Below the pieces are notes generated by a model. The model was not told the origin of the DNA. It made no database searches and worked only from the letters and a program-made list of their open reading frames with translations. 64,000 nt of DNA. It comes from Sphingobacteriaceae bacterium. Lineage in GTDB: Bacteria; Bacteroidota; Bacteroidia; UBA7662. Below, piece by piece: positions 18,701 through 28,011 of this stretch. The stretch lies in the NCBI GenBank assembly GCA_013824115.1, contig PNNG01000027.1:20425-84424 (forward strand), written 5' to 3'. Numbering within the stretch: position 1 is the first letter of the stretch; each line of letters starts with the position of its first letter. Position numbers and translations under genes: made by a program.

Positions 18701-20329
18701 ATGAACCTCGAATTCAACCGCAACGAAGACGAATACAAGCAGCTGCTCTACAAATACAAGCGCAAACACGACCAGGTGAAGCTGGGTGGGGGCGAAAAAG
18801 CTATTGCCAAGCACAAAGAAAAAGGCAAGATGACCGCCCGCGAACGCATCGATGCTTTGCTTGACCCCGGTGCGCCATTTGTTGAAGTAGGTGCCTTGGC
18901 CGGCGATGGCATGTATGCCGAGCATGGTGGTTGTCCCTCAGGTGGCGTGGTGGTAATATTGGGCTACATACACAAGCGCCTCTGCGTGGTGGTAGCCAAC
19001 GATGCCACGGTAAAGGCAGGGGCCTGGTTCCCCATCACAGGCAAAAAGAACCTGCGTGCCCAGGAAATTGCCATGGAAAACCGACTGCCCATCATCTACC
19101 TGGTTGATTCTGCCGGCGTTTACCTGCCCATGCAGGATGAAATTTTCCCGGACAAGGAGCATTTTGGCCGCATTTTCCGCAATAATGCGCGCATGAGCAG
19201 CGATGGTATCGTGCAAATTGCAGCGGTCATGGGCAGTTGTGTGGCGGGCGGAGCTTACCTGCCCATCATGAGCGATGAAGCCTTGATTGTAGACAAAACG
19301 GGCAGCATCTTTTTGGCAGGTTCGTACCTGGTAAAAGCGGCCATTGGCGAAGACATCGACAACGAAACCCTGGGCGGCGCTACCACGCACTGCGAAATTT
19401 CGGGGGTTACCGATTACAAAATGCCCGACGACAAAACCTGCCTCGAAACCATCCGCAAGCTAGTGTCGAAGCTGGGCAAAACCGCCGATGCCGGTTTCGA
19501 CCGCATCAAACCTGCTATGCCCAAGAAGGACATGAACGAAGTCTACGGCATCTTCCCGGAGGGCAATGCCAAGCAGTACGATGTGGTAGAAATCATCGAG
19601 CGCTTGGTCGACGATTCGGAGTTCACCCAATATAAAGAAGGCTATGGCAAAAGCATCGTCTGCGGTTATGCACGGGTAGATGGCTGGGCCGTGGGCATTG
19701 TAGCCAACCAGCGCAAGGTGGTGAAAAGCAAAAAAGGGGAGATGCAGTTTGGCGGGGTGATTTACAGCGACTCGGCCGACAAAGCCACGCGTTTTATTGC
19801 CAACTGCAACCAGAAAAAAATTCCGCTCGTGTTTTTGCAAGATGTAACCGGCTTCATGGTCGGCTCACGATCAGAGCACGGCGGCATTATCAAGGACGGC
19901 GCCAAAATGGTGAATGCTGTTTCCAATTCGGTGGTGCCTAAATTCACCATTGTGATGGGCAACAGCTACGGTGCAGGCAATTACGCCATGTGCGGAAAGG
20001 CCTACGATCCGCGCCTCATTTACGCCTGGCCAACGGCCCGCATGGCGGTGATGGGCGGTGAGCAAGCAGCCAAGGTGCTGTTGCAAATCCAGGTAAGCTC
20101 GGCCAAAGCCAAAGGCGAAGTCATTACGCCCGAAAAGGAAGCCGAATTGCTCAAGGAAATCACCGACCGATACACCCACCAAACCTATCCCGAATACGCT
20201 GCGGCTCGTTTGTGGGTAGATGGCATCATCGATCCGCTAGAAACCCGCAAGGTGATCAGCATGGGCATTGAAGCGGCCAACCAGGCGCCTATTGAGCGGG
20301 CGTTCAATTTGGGTGTGTTGCAGGTTTGA
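18701..20329 (+). CDS. Acyl-CoA carboxylase carboxyltransferase subunit (methylcrotonyl-CoA carboxylase beta-like)
   Basis: ANDATVKAGAW, YLVDSAG, GSCVAGGAYLP, GSYGAGNYAMCGKAYDPR-type motifs. Confidence 0.92.
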   Translation: MNLEFNRNEDEYKQLLYKYKRKHDQVKLGGGEKAIAKHKEKGKMTARERIDALLDPGAPFVEVGALAGDGMYAEHGGCPSGGVVVILGYIHKRLCVVVANDATVKAGAWFPITGKKNLRAQEIAMENRLPIIYLVDSAGVYLPMQDEIFPDKEHFGRIFRNNARMSSDGIVQIAAVMGSCVAGGAYLPIMSDEALIVDKTGSIFLAGSYLVKAAIGEDIDNETLGGATTHCEISGVTDYKMPDDKTCLETIRKLVSKLGKTADAGFDRIKPAMPKKDMNEVYGIFPEGNAKQYDVVEIIERLVDDSEFTQYKEGYGKSIVCGYARVDGWAVGIVANQRKVVKSKKGEMQFGGVIYSDSADKATRFIANCNQKKIPLVFLQDVTGFMVGSRSEHGGIIKDGAKMVNAVSNSVVPKFTIVMGNSYGAGNYAMCGKAYDPRLIYAWPTARMAVMGGEQAAKVLLQIQVSSAKAKGEVITPEKEAELLKEITDRYTHQTYPEYAAARLWVDGIIDPLETRKVISMGIEAANQAPIERAFNLGVLQV

Positions 20330-20376
20330 GCTTCTTTCAACCATAATCGGTAAGCCGGATTTGTTTATATTTGATT

Positions 20377-20583
20377 ATGAATTTGCAGGAACGAAAAATC
20401 GCACTCATTCATTGGCTCACGGAGGTGGAAGATGAAGAGTTGCTGGAGCAAGTAGAAAGCCTCCAGCAAAATTCATTGTCTTTACCTTCTAAAATTGAGC
20501 AATTATTGGAGATGTCAGCCAAAACACCGGCTGCCGATTGTATTGCTCACACCTCCATCAAGGACCTGCTTCGGAAAGCATGA
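20377..20583 (+). CDS. Putative antitoxin
   Basis: 68-aa acidic ORF (MNLQERKIALIHWLTEVEDEELLEQV) overlapping the toxin start by ATGA. Confidence 0.65.
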   Translation: MNLQERKIALIHWLTEVEDEELLEQVESLQQNSLSLPSKIEQLLEMSAKTPAADCIAHTSIKDLLRKA

Positions 20584-20885
20584 AAAGTTTGATTTGGACG
20601 CCAATTGCGTTAAAGTCACTTCAAGAAACCGTCGATATCCTAGAAAGTCAATGGTATTCGCTCGTGGTTGATGAATTCATTGATAGTATAGAGCAAAAGC
20701 TCATTTTGGTTCAATCAAACGCAGCGTTAGGCCCCAAAATAGGCGCGGGAGAAATCCGCCGGATCCTGTTGCATCCACATATCTCGCTTTTTTACCAAGA
20801 TGAAGCAAGTCACATCAAGATTTTGCTGGTTTGGGATAACAGGCAAAATCCGGATACACTGTTTGAAAAGCTGGTCTCTCAATAA
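20580..20885 (+). CDS. RelE/ParE family type II toxin
   Basis: MKSLIWTPIALKSL...IRRILLHPHISLFY...ILLVWDNRQNP pattern typical of Bacteroidota ParE-like proteins. Confidence 0.8.
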   Translation: MKSLIWTPIALKSLQETVDILESQWYSLVVDEFIDSIEQKLILVQSNAALGPKIGAGEIRRILLHPHISLFYQDEASHIKILLVWDNRQNPDTLFEKLVSQ

Positions 20886-21025
20886 TTCGTTGATCTCGGT
20901 AGTGACAAGTAATAAAGCCCTTCTTACGGCCATGGAATTGAATATGTTCCGTTCGCTCCAATGAGCAATGTCATTAATTTGAGTTCGAATGGCATGTTGA
21001 CTTTACTTCACAGCGAGCATTTGGG

Positions 21026-21240
21026 TGGTGCGACCCCCTCGGGGTCGATTTAATCACGTGAACATGATATTTCTATAAACATGGCACCCCCTCGGGGTGC
21101 TTTGATTTGGTAAATACCAAATTCACAGCCTGAGTCCAACATTAACCGATTGAGGGTAATTCCAATGACCCCAAGGGGGTCATACGTTTATAGAAATCAA
21201 TGCACCAACCATATAATTCGACCCTGAATGGGTCGCACCA
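21026..21240. repeat. REP/REPIN-like composite palindromic element
   Basis: Terminal inverted repeat TGGTGCGACC...GGTCGCACCA enclosing four CCC(C)-loop-(G)GGG hairpins and inverted TTTCTATAAAC / GTTTATAGAAA motifs. Confidence 0.75.
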
Positions 21241-21342
21241 GGCTCGGCAGCAGCTTGACCGCCATTCCTTATCTTATTGACATGCCCCAACGGGGCTTAG
21301 GTCCTCTAGGAGATGCGATGCATCTCTTTTAGCACGAACGTG

Positions 21343-22275
21343 CTAAAACCAACGAACCCTCTTGAACAGCAGGTAAACCCCGGAAATAATCACGACACTC
21401 GCCCCCAGCACCACATAAAACGCATTGCCCGATTCTTGTCCGGGCAGCGGAATGTTCATGCCGTACAAGCTGGCGAATAGGGTAGGAATGGCCAAACAAA
21501 TGGTTACAAACGTAAGGGTTTTCATCACGTTGTTCATGTTGTTGTTGATCACCGAAGAGTAGGCTTCCATCATTTGTCCCAATACCCGAATGCTGATATT
21601 GGTCATTTGAATGGCCTGTTGGTTTTCAATCATCACATCTTCCAATAAATCGTCGTCTTCTTCCCAGGCCGCAAAAATGCGCAGACGACGCAAACGCTCC
21701 ATCATGGCGCCGTTGGCTTGCAAGGCGGTGGTGTAGTAAATGAGGGCCTTTTCGTATTTGAGCAACTCCATGATTTCGCGGTTACGCAAGGAGTTCTCCA
21801 ACTCATCTTCCAACCGCTCTACAATTTTGTTTATGTTGCGTAGGTGTAAGAGGTATTTGCTGGCGGTTTTGAGCATCAGTTGCAGCAAAAACTTGTTCTT
21901 TTTGCCCGTACTGAAGCCTTTTACCCGCTCTTTGATGAACTCCTGAATAATCACATTTTCCTCTTTGCAGATGGTGATGGTCATGCTGTCGGTAAGGAAA
22001 ATCATGAGGGGAATGGTGGTGAAAGGCGTATCGTGCTCTACCCCGCGGAAGTGCGGCAGACGGATGACCACCAAGAGGTAATCGTCTTCCTTTTCTACAC
22101 GCGACAGTTCGTCGATGTCGAGCGAGTCGGTGAGGTATTCGAGTACGAGTGGACAGTTTTTTTCAATCCATTCGCGCTCTTCAAAAGTAGGGTCCACAAT
22201 GTTTACCCATGTGCTGTCGCCCAAGGCTTCTACCTCGTACAATTGTGCTTTGCTGGTTTGAAAAAGCTGAATCAT
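21343..22275 (-). CDS. corA: CorA family magnesium transporter
   Basis: Large soluble domain, two C-terminal TM helices and the YGMN signature. Confidence 0.9.
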   Translation of the reverse strand: MIQLFQTSKAQLYEVEALGDSTWVNIVDPTFEEREWIEKNCPLVLEYLTDSLDIDELSRVEKEDDYLLVVIRLPHFRGVEHDTPFTTIPLMIFLTDSMTITICKEENVIIQEFIKERVKGFSTGKKNKFLLQLMLKTASKYLLHLRNINKIVERLEDELENSLRNREIMELLKYEKALIYYTTALQANGAMMERLRRLRIFAAWEEDDDLLEDVMIENQQAIQMTNISIRVLGQMMEAYSSVINNNMNNVMKTLTFVTICLAIPTLFASLYGMNIPLPGQESGNAFYVVLGASVVIISGVYLLFKRVRWF

Positions 22276-22439
22276 GACTGAAAAATGTGTGGTTACCCGG
22301 CCCGTGCTGCCGTCGCAAAAATAGCTTTTTATCGGTCAAAACAAAGCGCTTTGGGCATTTTGTTTTCTCAATTGGCAGCTTACCGACAAACAAAGCGAAC
22401 GGCTTTTTTGTAGTTTTGTGACATTCAAAATCTGTCTTT

Positions 22440-24122
22440 ATGTCAACGCTTTCTACCGCAAAACTGAACATGGCCGAACATCCAACGCCCACCGGAACGC
22501 AACTCAATTGCAAAGGCTGGGTGCAGGAAGCGGCTTTGCGCATGTTGCACAACAACCTCGATCCTGAAGTGGCCGAGCGCCCCGAGGACCTGATTGTGTA
22601 CGGCGGTCGCGGTAAAGCCGCCCGCAACGTAGAAGCATTTGAGTTGATTGTGAAGGCTTTGAAAGATTTGAACGAAGACGAAACCCTGCTCGTGCAAAGC
22701 GGCAAACCGGTGGGCATTTTGCCTACCCACAAAGACGCTCCCCGGGTGGTGATTTCGAACTCTATGTTGGTGCCGAATTGGGCCAATTGGGAGCATTTTG
22801 ATGAGCTCGACAAAAAAGGACTGATGATGTACGGCCAAATGACGGCCGGTAGCTGGATTTACATCGGTTCGCAAGGCATTGTACAGGGTACCTACGAAAC
22901 CTTCAATGCAGTAGCCGACAAACACTTCGGCGGTTCGCTCAAAGGCAAACTTTGCGTGACGGCCGGTTTAGGAGGCATGGGTGGCGCTCAGCCCTTGGCC
23001 ATCACCATGGCCGACGGTGTGTGCTTGGCCGCAGAAGTAGAGGAGTGGCGCGCCCAAAAGCGTGTAGAAACCCGCTACCTCGATTTGATTGAACACGACA
23101 TCGACAAAGCCATTGACCTGGCACTTGATTTTTGCAAAAAAGGCGAGAATAAGAGCATCGGCGTGATTTGCACCGCCGTTGATTTGCTCGATCGCCTCAA
23201 CCAGCGCGGTATTGTACCCGATGTACTCACCGACCAAACCTCAGCCCACGATCCATTGGTGGGTTACATTCCACAAGGCATGACCAACGAGCAGGCCAAC
23301 GTATTGCGTGAAGCCGACCAGGAGGCCTACCTCAAAGCTGCCTATGCTGCCATGCGCCGCCATACCGAATTGATGGTGGAGCTGCAGGCCAAAGGCGCCA
23401 TCACCTTCGATTACGGCAACAACCTCCGCGGCCGCGCCCTCGAAGCCGGTTATACCCACGCTTTCGATTTCCCCGGTTTTGTACCCGCTTATATCCGCCC
23501 ACTTTTCTGCGAAGGCAAAGGTCCGTTCCGCTGGGCAGCCCTTTCAGGCGATCCTGAAGATATTCGGGTAACCGACGAGCTCATGCTCGAGCTTTTCCCC
23601 AACGACAAAGGCCTGCACCGCTGGATCAAAATGGCACAAGAACGCATTGCTTTCCAGGGTTTGCCGGCACGTATTTGCTGGATTGGTCAAGGCGACCGTG
23701 AAAAAGCTGGTTTGGCCTTCAACGAATTGGTACGCACAGGTAAGGTTAAAGCGCCCATTGTAATTGGCCGCGACCACCTCGATACCGGCTCGGTGGCTTC
23801 ACCCAACCGCGAAACCGAAGCCATGCTCGACGGTTCTGACGCCGTTGCCGACTGGCCAGTGCTCAACGCCCTCATCAATACTGCCGGCGGCGCCAGCTGG
23901 GTAAGCTTGCACCACGGCGGTGGGGTTGGCATGGGTTACTCCATCCACTCAGGCATGGTGATCGTAGCCGACGGCACCGACGATGCAGCCCGCCGCCTCA
24001 AGCGTGTGCTCCACAACGACCCCGCCATGGGTGTTATCCGCCACATGGATGCCGGCTATGACATTGCTAAGGATACGGCGCGGAAGCACCGGTTGGATAT
24101 CAGGGAGAGGTTGAAGAGTTGA
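22440..24122 (+). CDS. hutU: Urocanate hydratase
   Basis: [35 protein letters not shown] and GRDHLD; the start could instead be ATG 22470. Confidence 0.97.
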   Translation: MSTLSTAKLNMAEHPTPTGTQLNCKGWVQEAALRMLHNNLDPEVAERPEDLIVYGGRGKAARNVEAFELIVKALKDLNEDETLLVQSGKPVGILPTHKDAPRVVISNSMLVPNWANWEHFDELDKKGLMMYGQMTAGSWIYIGSQGIVQGTYETFNAVADKHFGGSLKGKLCVTAGLGGMGGAQPLAITMADGVCLAAEVEEWRAQKRVETRYLDLIEHDIDKAIDLALDFCKKGENKSIGVICTAVDLLDRLNQRGIVPDVLTDQTSAHDPLVGYIPQGMTNEQANVLREADQEAYLKAAYAAMRRHTELMVELQAKGAITFDYGNNLRGRALEAGYTHAFDFPGFVPAYIRPLFCEGKGPFRWAALSGDPEDIRVTDELMLELFPNDKGLHRWIKMAQERIAFQGLPARICWIGQGDREKAGLAFNELVRTGKVKAPIVIGRDHLDTGSVASPNRETEAMLDGSDAVADWPVLNALINTAGGASWVSLHHGGGVGMGYSIHSGMVIVADGTDDAARRLKRVLHNDPAMGVIRHMDAGYDIAKDTARKHRLDIRERLKS

Positions 24123-24129
24123 TTTGAAA

Positions 24130-27100
24130 CTATTCGAACGAATTAGAAGCTGAGAATAAGACCCTTTCTTGTGAGTCTATTCGTTGTATTTCTGACTTTC
24201 TGCTAGAGTATAAGTTTTTCAATTTTGGGAATAACTTGAGATCGTGCTGGTCCAAAATTCTCTTTAGATCTTCAAAAATGGGTTCTCGTTTAACAAGAAT
24301 TTCGAGCTTTGTTTCTTGCCCAAAAGTAGGGACCCTTGTTAATTCATTTACCATGGATTCTAGCATTAATTCTTTATTCAAAGTGCTTTCAATAAGCATT
24401 TTGCCTCTTGCTGTCAAGTGAATAGAATCTGTTTCTATTCTAAACCATTGGATTTCCTCCACAATTTTTGGGAGTCTAATTTCAGTTTTCAGTTGTATCC
24501 AATTAAGTAGCATAATTGGCTTAATTTGATCGCTATTTATGAATTGGGATTTTATTCCAGGTCTAGACCATATCAATTGATTCCAATCCGTATCGAAGTA
24601 CTTAGTTAGTGCAATTTTTGGCCATTTTTTCTCAATAGCCTTTATTGAAAAACTAGTTGCGGAATAAACGCCAATGGCAGTATTTAGTGCTTCACAAAGT
24701 AAATCCAATGCTTTGATTGCCCAATTTTGAAGCATTGTTGAGTCAAGAATTTCAATAAACTGAGATAAATCGTAGTCCTTAATTTCAGTTTGTTCAGTTT
24801 TGGATTCGAACGGAATCCCAAAAAACAATTCAGCGACTGGAATATGAAATTTAGAGGGAAAATAAAAGTCTTGCTGTCTACAATTATATATAGCAAATTC
24901 AAATGTGATGTGTTTGAGCTGTTCGGAGTCGATGATTAAAGTCCAAACCTGATCTTTAAATGGATTTGAAAAATCACTAGAATTGGCAAGAACTCTTTTA
25001 ACGAAATACATAAAGTCCTCCTTTGTGTGTATAAGCTTCTCGATACCATATAGAATTCTATCCCTGTCCTTGAGGAAAAGTACGCGATCAAGCCATATAC
25101 TATGGAAATTTTTCTTCACACTTTCAAAGTCAATTAAATTCTCTGAAAATTCAGTTTCCTTTTCAGGACAAGTTTCGTGTATCCCTCGTATGCAACCATG
25201 AAAAAAGTCGCTGAGCGATAACTCGCTCGTTTTTTCTATTAAAGAAGTCAACTCGCCAATGGCTGAAGCGGACTCTGAAGTTGAAAAAAAGCCTTTTCCT
25301 ATGTAATGGTAGAAATAAGGTGCTTGCTTGCCTGGTTCTGAGAGTTTTGAAGCGAGTTGCGAAATGGTAAATCCTGCTTGGAACCACCTTATACCCAAAT
25401 TCAGTTGATATTGTCCGTTTTCTATGCGTTCAACTGTTTCTTCATCGGTATTGATTTGGAATGCAAAATTGTATGCCTCTTGGAATTTTTGAATGACATA
25501 GACATCGATTTCATCATCTAAAGTTTTAGGCCCATATTCGATTTTAAGGGCAAGCAGTTCTGCTAACTTCGGGTGATTATTCTGTTTTGCCCCATAGAGA
25601 TCTTTAATGGTTCTCAGTACTCCTGCCCATCCCCAAAACCAAAAGCCACTTTTGGCTATTTCACCACCAATCAAAACGAATTTAGAAAAGTAGTTCTCTT
25701 GGTTAAAATTATATTCCAATGCATTAGCCAATGATTTACCTATCTCTTGTTTTGATTCAGGGAAGTTGTTTTGTAATGACTCTATAAACATTAAACAGTG
25801 ATTTATCCAATCATCATACTCTGTTTGATATCGGGGAATAAAGCCATAATCCCTTATTTCATTGCCAAATGGAGCGAGATGATTGCCAGTCACATAACCA
25901 AAATATAAGAGGTTATCGAACAATTTGAAAATCAAATCCTTATTTGACTCATAATCATTTGATAAATCATTAAGGAATTTCAAACGAGTGGATACATGAG
26001 CCTGTGTATTGGAAAGTCTGCTTCGAAACAAGCTTTTTAAGTCCCCTCTTCCTTGTAGCTTTTTTAGATCAAATTTTTCGTGAATTTCGATTTTAAGAAT
26101 GCAATGAGCGCATTCGATGAAGTATTTATCTTCATAGGCAATCTGTACCAATGACTGGTGAAATTGACTCAACAATTTTGTAGTAACTCGTTTTTCACAA
26201 AGCAGTTCCTTGATTTTCATCAAGCTAATGTCCTTATCAAGAGGTATTATGTAGTTTAGTTGTTTTCCAAGCTCATAATCCCAATTTGGAAGAAGTAATT
26301 GCTCGCGATTTTGTTCCCACCAATGGTTGGATAATTCTTGAAAATTCATCTCGGATGACATTTCAAAGCACCTTTTTAGGAGAGAAGTGATTAGTCTATC
26401 TGCATCTAGTTCCTTAAGTTTCTTGTAAATATTTAGCGGACTAATAATCCTGAATGCCTCGAAGCAATAGTGATTTGCCAACGGGACAGGAAGTAATGCA
26501 TGCCAGGTGCCTCTTTGCTGAACAACGTCATGGTCTTTCAATGATTCCAATAATCTTCTGGCATGAAGAGGATTCTCTAAAAACAAATTGCACAATACAT
26601 CAAATTCAGAAGGGTTTTCATCTTGTACATCGAATGAAAATACTACAGAAATGAGTTGCAAGACTTGCTCGCTTTGTTGAAGCTTTGGGTTATTTGAAAG
26701 TAGTTTCAATACAAACTTACGATCGCTGAGCTTACTCCAGCTCTTTGTTTGCTTTCTGATGCCATTCAACAGAAAGTTCGACAATCTAAAGTTTCCATCG
26801 GCTAAAGTTATTATTCTTGAAGATATGCTGCTATGCATGCCAAGTCTACCTTCAATAAATTTATTTATTGCGCCATCTGAAGCTCTTTTTAGCCAAACAA
26901 TGTTTGATACCGAATCTTGTTTTTCAGAGACATCTAAATTTATTGTTACTAACCTTAGTGGTTTTAATTCAGAACTAGTGATTTTAGCCTCTAGTTCCTT
27001 GTGGAGTTCATGACTACAGTTGTCTATTACAACTACACTATTCTTGTTAATAGCAAGTAATTCATCTACAAGATGCTTAGGATGAGGATTCGCAATGCCT

Positions 27101-27921
27101 TCGTCATCGGTATAGAATATATCATTGATTATAATTGATTCATTACCGCTATAATTTTTGAATATTTCTTCAACGAATCTGCTTTTGCCAACCCCTGATT
27201 GCCCTATTACGCGAATTGCTGAAACGACATTTAATTGATTACGAAAGGCTAAAATGGCTTCTTTAGTATTATACTCAAGATTATTATTAAATCCTATAAA
27301 TGCAACCCTTGAATTTTCCAAATCCTCGATAAAATCAATATTCTCGTTGTTCAAGGACCATTGGCCTCTAGGCTTCCATCCATTCGTAGAAATTCCAAGT
27401 TTAGATTTAACCCAGAGCTGAACTTCAGTGTGATAATTCAACCATTTTTGGATATCGTGCAAATCGAAATAATCGCATTGCTCTGAGGGCGCGTTATAAA
27501 ATTCTAGCATGCAATTTTTCAGCGCAATGGATTTGGATTCTTTGGAGCTCCGAGATTTACAAACCAAAACATATTTGCCAGAATTCTGCTGTATTAAAGA
27601 TTCAATTTTTGGATATGTTTTACCTTTTAATAGTACTGCAGATCTAATTTTTCCTTGACTTAAATTAAAAGCCTTTACTTGAAATCCAATTATCTTATCA
27701 CGGAGAAATTGGTTCAAGGGTTCTGTAGAAGAATCTAGATTAAACATTATATCGATTCCACCATCCTTAGCCTTTGTCGATTCCCCGTATTCAGTAGATC
27801 TTGTAGAATGACCATTTTTCCTTGCTTCGGCATCGCAAAGTCGTCCTACCAAATCTTCAAAATCGTCTTCAGATAAAAGTTTTAATTGCTCAATTGAAAC
27901 ATCAAATGACGGTATGCTCAT
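24130..27921 (-). CDS. Mrr-like PD-(D/E)xK nuclease fused to a STAND-like P-loop NTPase and long helical C-terminus; putative anti-phage protein
   Basis: N-terminal FE...DGGID...FQVK; Walker A GQSGVGKS; Walker B VVVIDNC; visibly AT-rich. The ORF is certain; the function is inferred. Confidence 0.7.
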   Translation of the reverse strand: MSIPSFDVSIEQLKLLSEDDFEDLVGRLCDAEARKNGHSTRSTEYGESTKAKDGGIDIMFNLDSSTEPLNQFLRDKIIGFQVKAFNLSQGKIRSAVLLKGKTYPKIESLIQQNSGKYVLVCKSRSSKESKSIALKNCMLEFYNAPSEQCDYFDLHDIQKWLNYHTEVQLWVKSKLGISTNGWKPRGQWSLNNENIDFIEDLENSRVAFIGFNNNLEYNTKEAILAFRNQLNVVSAIRVIGQSGVGKSRFVEEIFKNYSGNESIIINDIFYTDDEGIANPHPKHLVDELLAINKNSVVVIDNCSHELHKELEAKITSSELKPLRLVTINLDVSEKQDSVSNIVWLKRASDGAINKFIEGRLGMHSSISSRIITLADGNFRLSNFLLNGIRKQTKSWSKLSDRKFVLKLLSNNPKLQQSEQVLQLISVVFSFDVQDENPSEFDVLCNLFLENPLHARRLLESLKDHDVVQQRGTWHALLPVPLANHYCFEAFRIISPLNIYKKLKELDADRLITSLLKRCFEMSSEMNFQELSNHWWEQNREQLLLPNWDYELGKQLNYIIPLDKDISLMKIKELLCEKRVTTKLLSQFHQSLVQIAYEDKYFIECAHCILKIEIHEKFDLKKLQGRGDLKSLFRSRLSNTQAHVSTRLKFLNDLSNDYESNKDLIFKLFDNLLYFGYVTGNHLAPFGNEIRDYGFIPRYQTEYDDWINHCLMFIESLQNNFPESKQEIGKSLANALEYNFNQENYFSKFVLIGGEIAKSGFWFWGWAGVLRTIKDLYGAKQNNHPKLAELLALKIEYGPKTLDDEIDVYVIQKFQEAYNFAFQINTDEETVERIENGQYQLNLGIRWFQAGFTISQLASKLSEPGKQAPYFYHYIGKGFFSTSESASAIGELTSLIEKTSELSLSDFFHGCIRGIHETCPEKETEFSENLIDFESVKKNFHSIWLDRVLFLKDRDRILYGIEKLIHTKEDFMYFVKRVLANSSDFSNPFKDQVWTLIIDSEQLKHITFEFAIYNCRQQDFYFPSKFHIPVAELFFGIPFESKTEQTEIKDYDLSQFIEILDSTMLQNWAIKALDLLCEALNTAIGVYSATSFSIKAIEKKWPKIALTKYFDTDWNQLIWSRPGIKSQFINSDQIKPIMLLNWIQLKTEIRLPKIVEEIQWFRIETDSIHLTARGKMLIESTLNKELMLESMVNELTRVPTFGQETKLEILVKREPIFEDLKRILDQHDLKLFPKLKNLYSSRKSEIQRIDSQERVLFSASNSFE

Positions 27922-28011
27922 TGTGGATCTAGAATTGGATATTCAAGAATAACATCTAAAAATAACCAATAATTAGGAAAAGAAAAAAAATAACTTCAGA
28001 TGCATATGGCT

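Noticed and set aside
21049..21066. TCACGTGAACA resembling a parS site
   Set aside because: Lacks the left TGTT arm and the spacing of TGTTNCACGTGAAACA, and lies inside the REP-like element. I saw no convincing parS in the window.
21026..21296. Possible CRISPR array
   Set aside because: Repeats are inverted and heterogeneous, without regular spacers, and no cas genes are present.
22276..22439. Mg2+ (M-box) riboswitch upstream of corA
   Set aside because: A TATTTTTG promoter about 40 nt before the ATG leaves a leader far too short, and no M-box features are visible.
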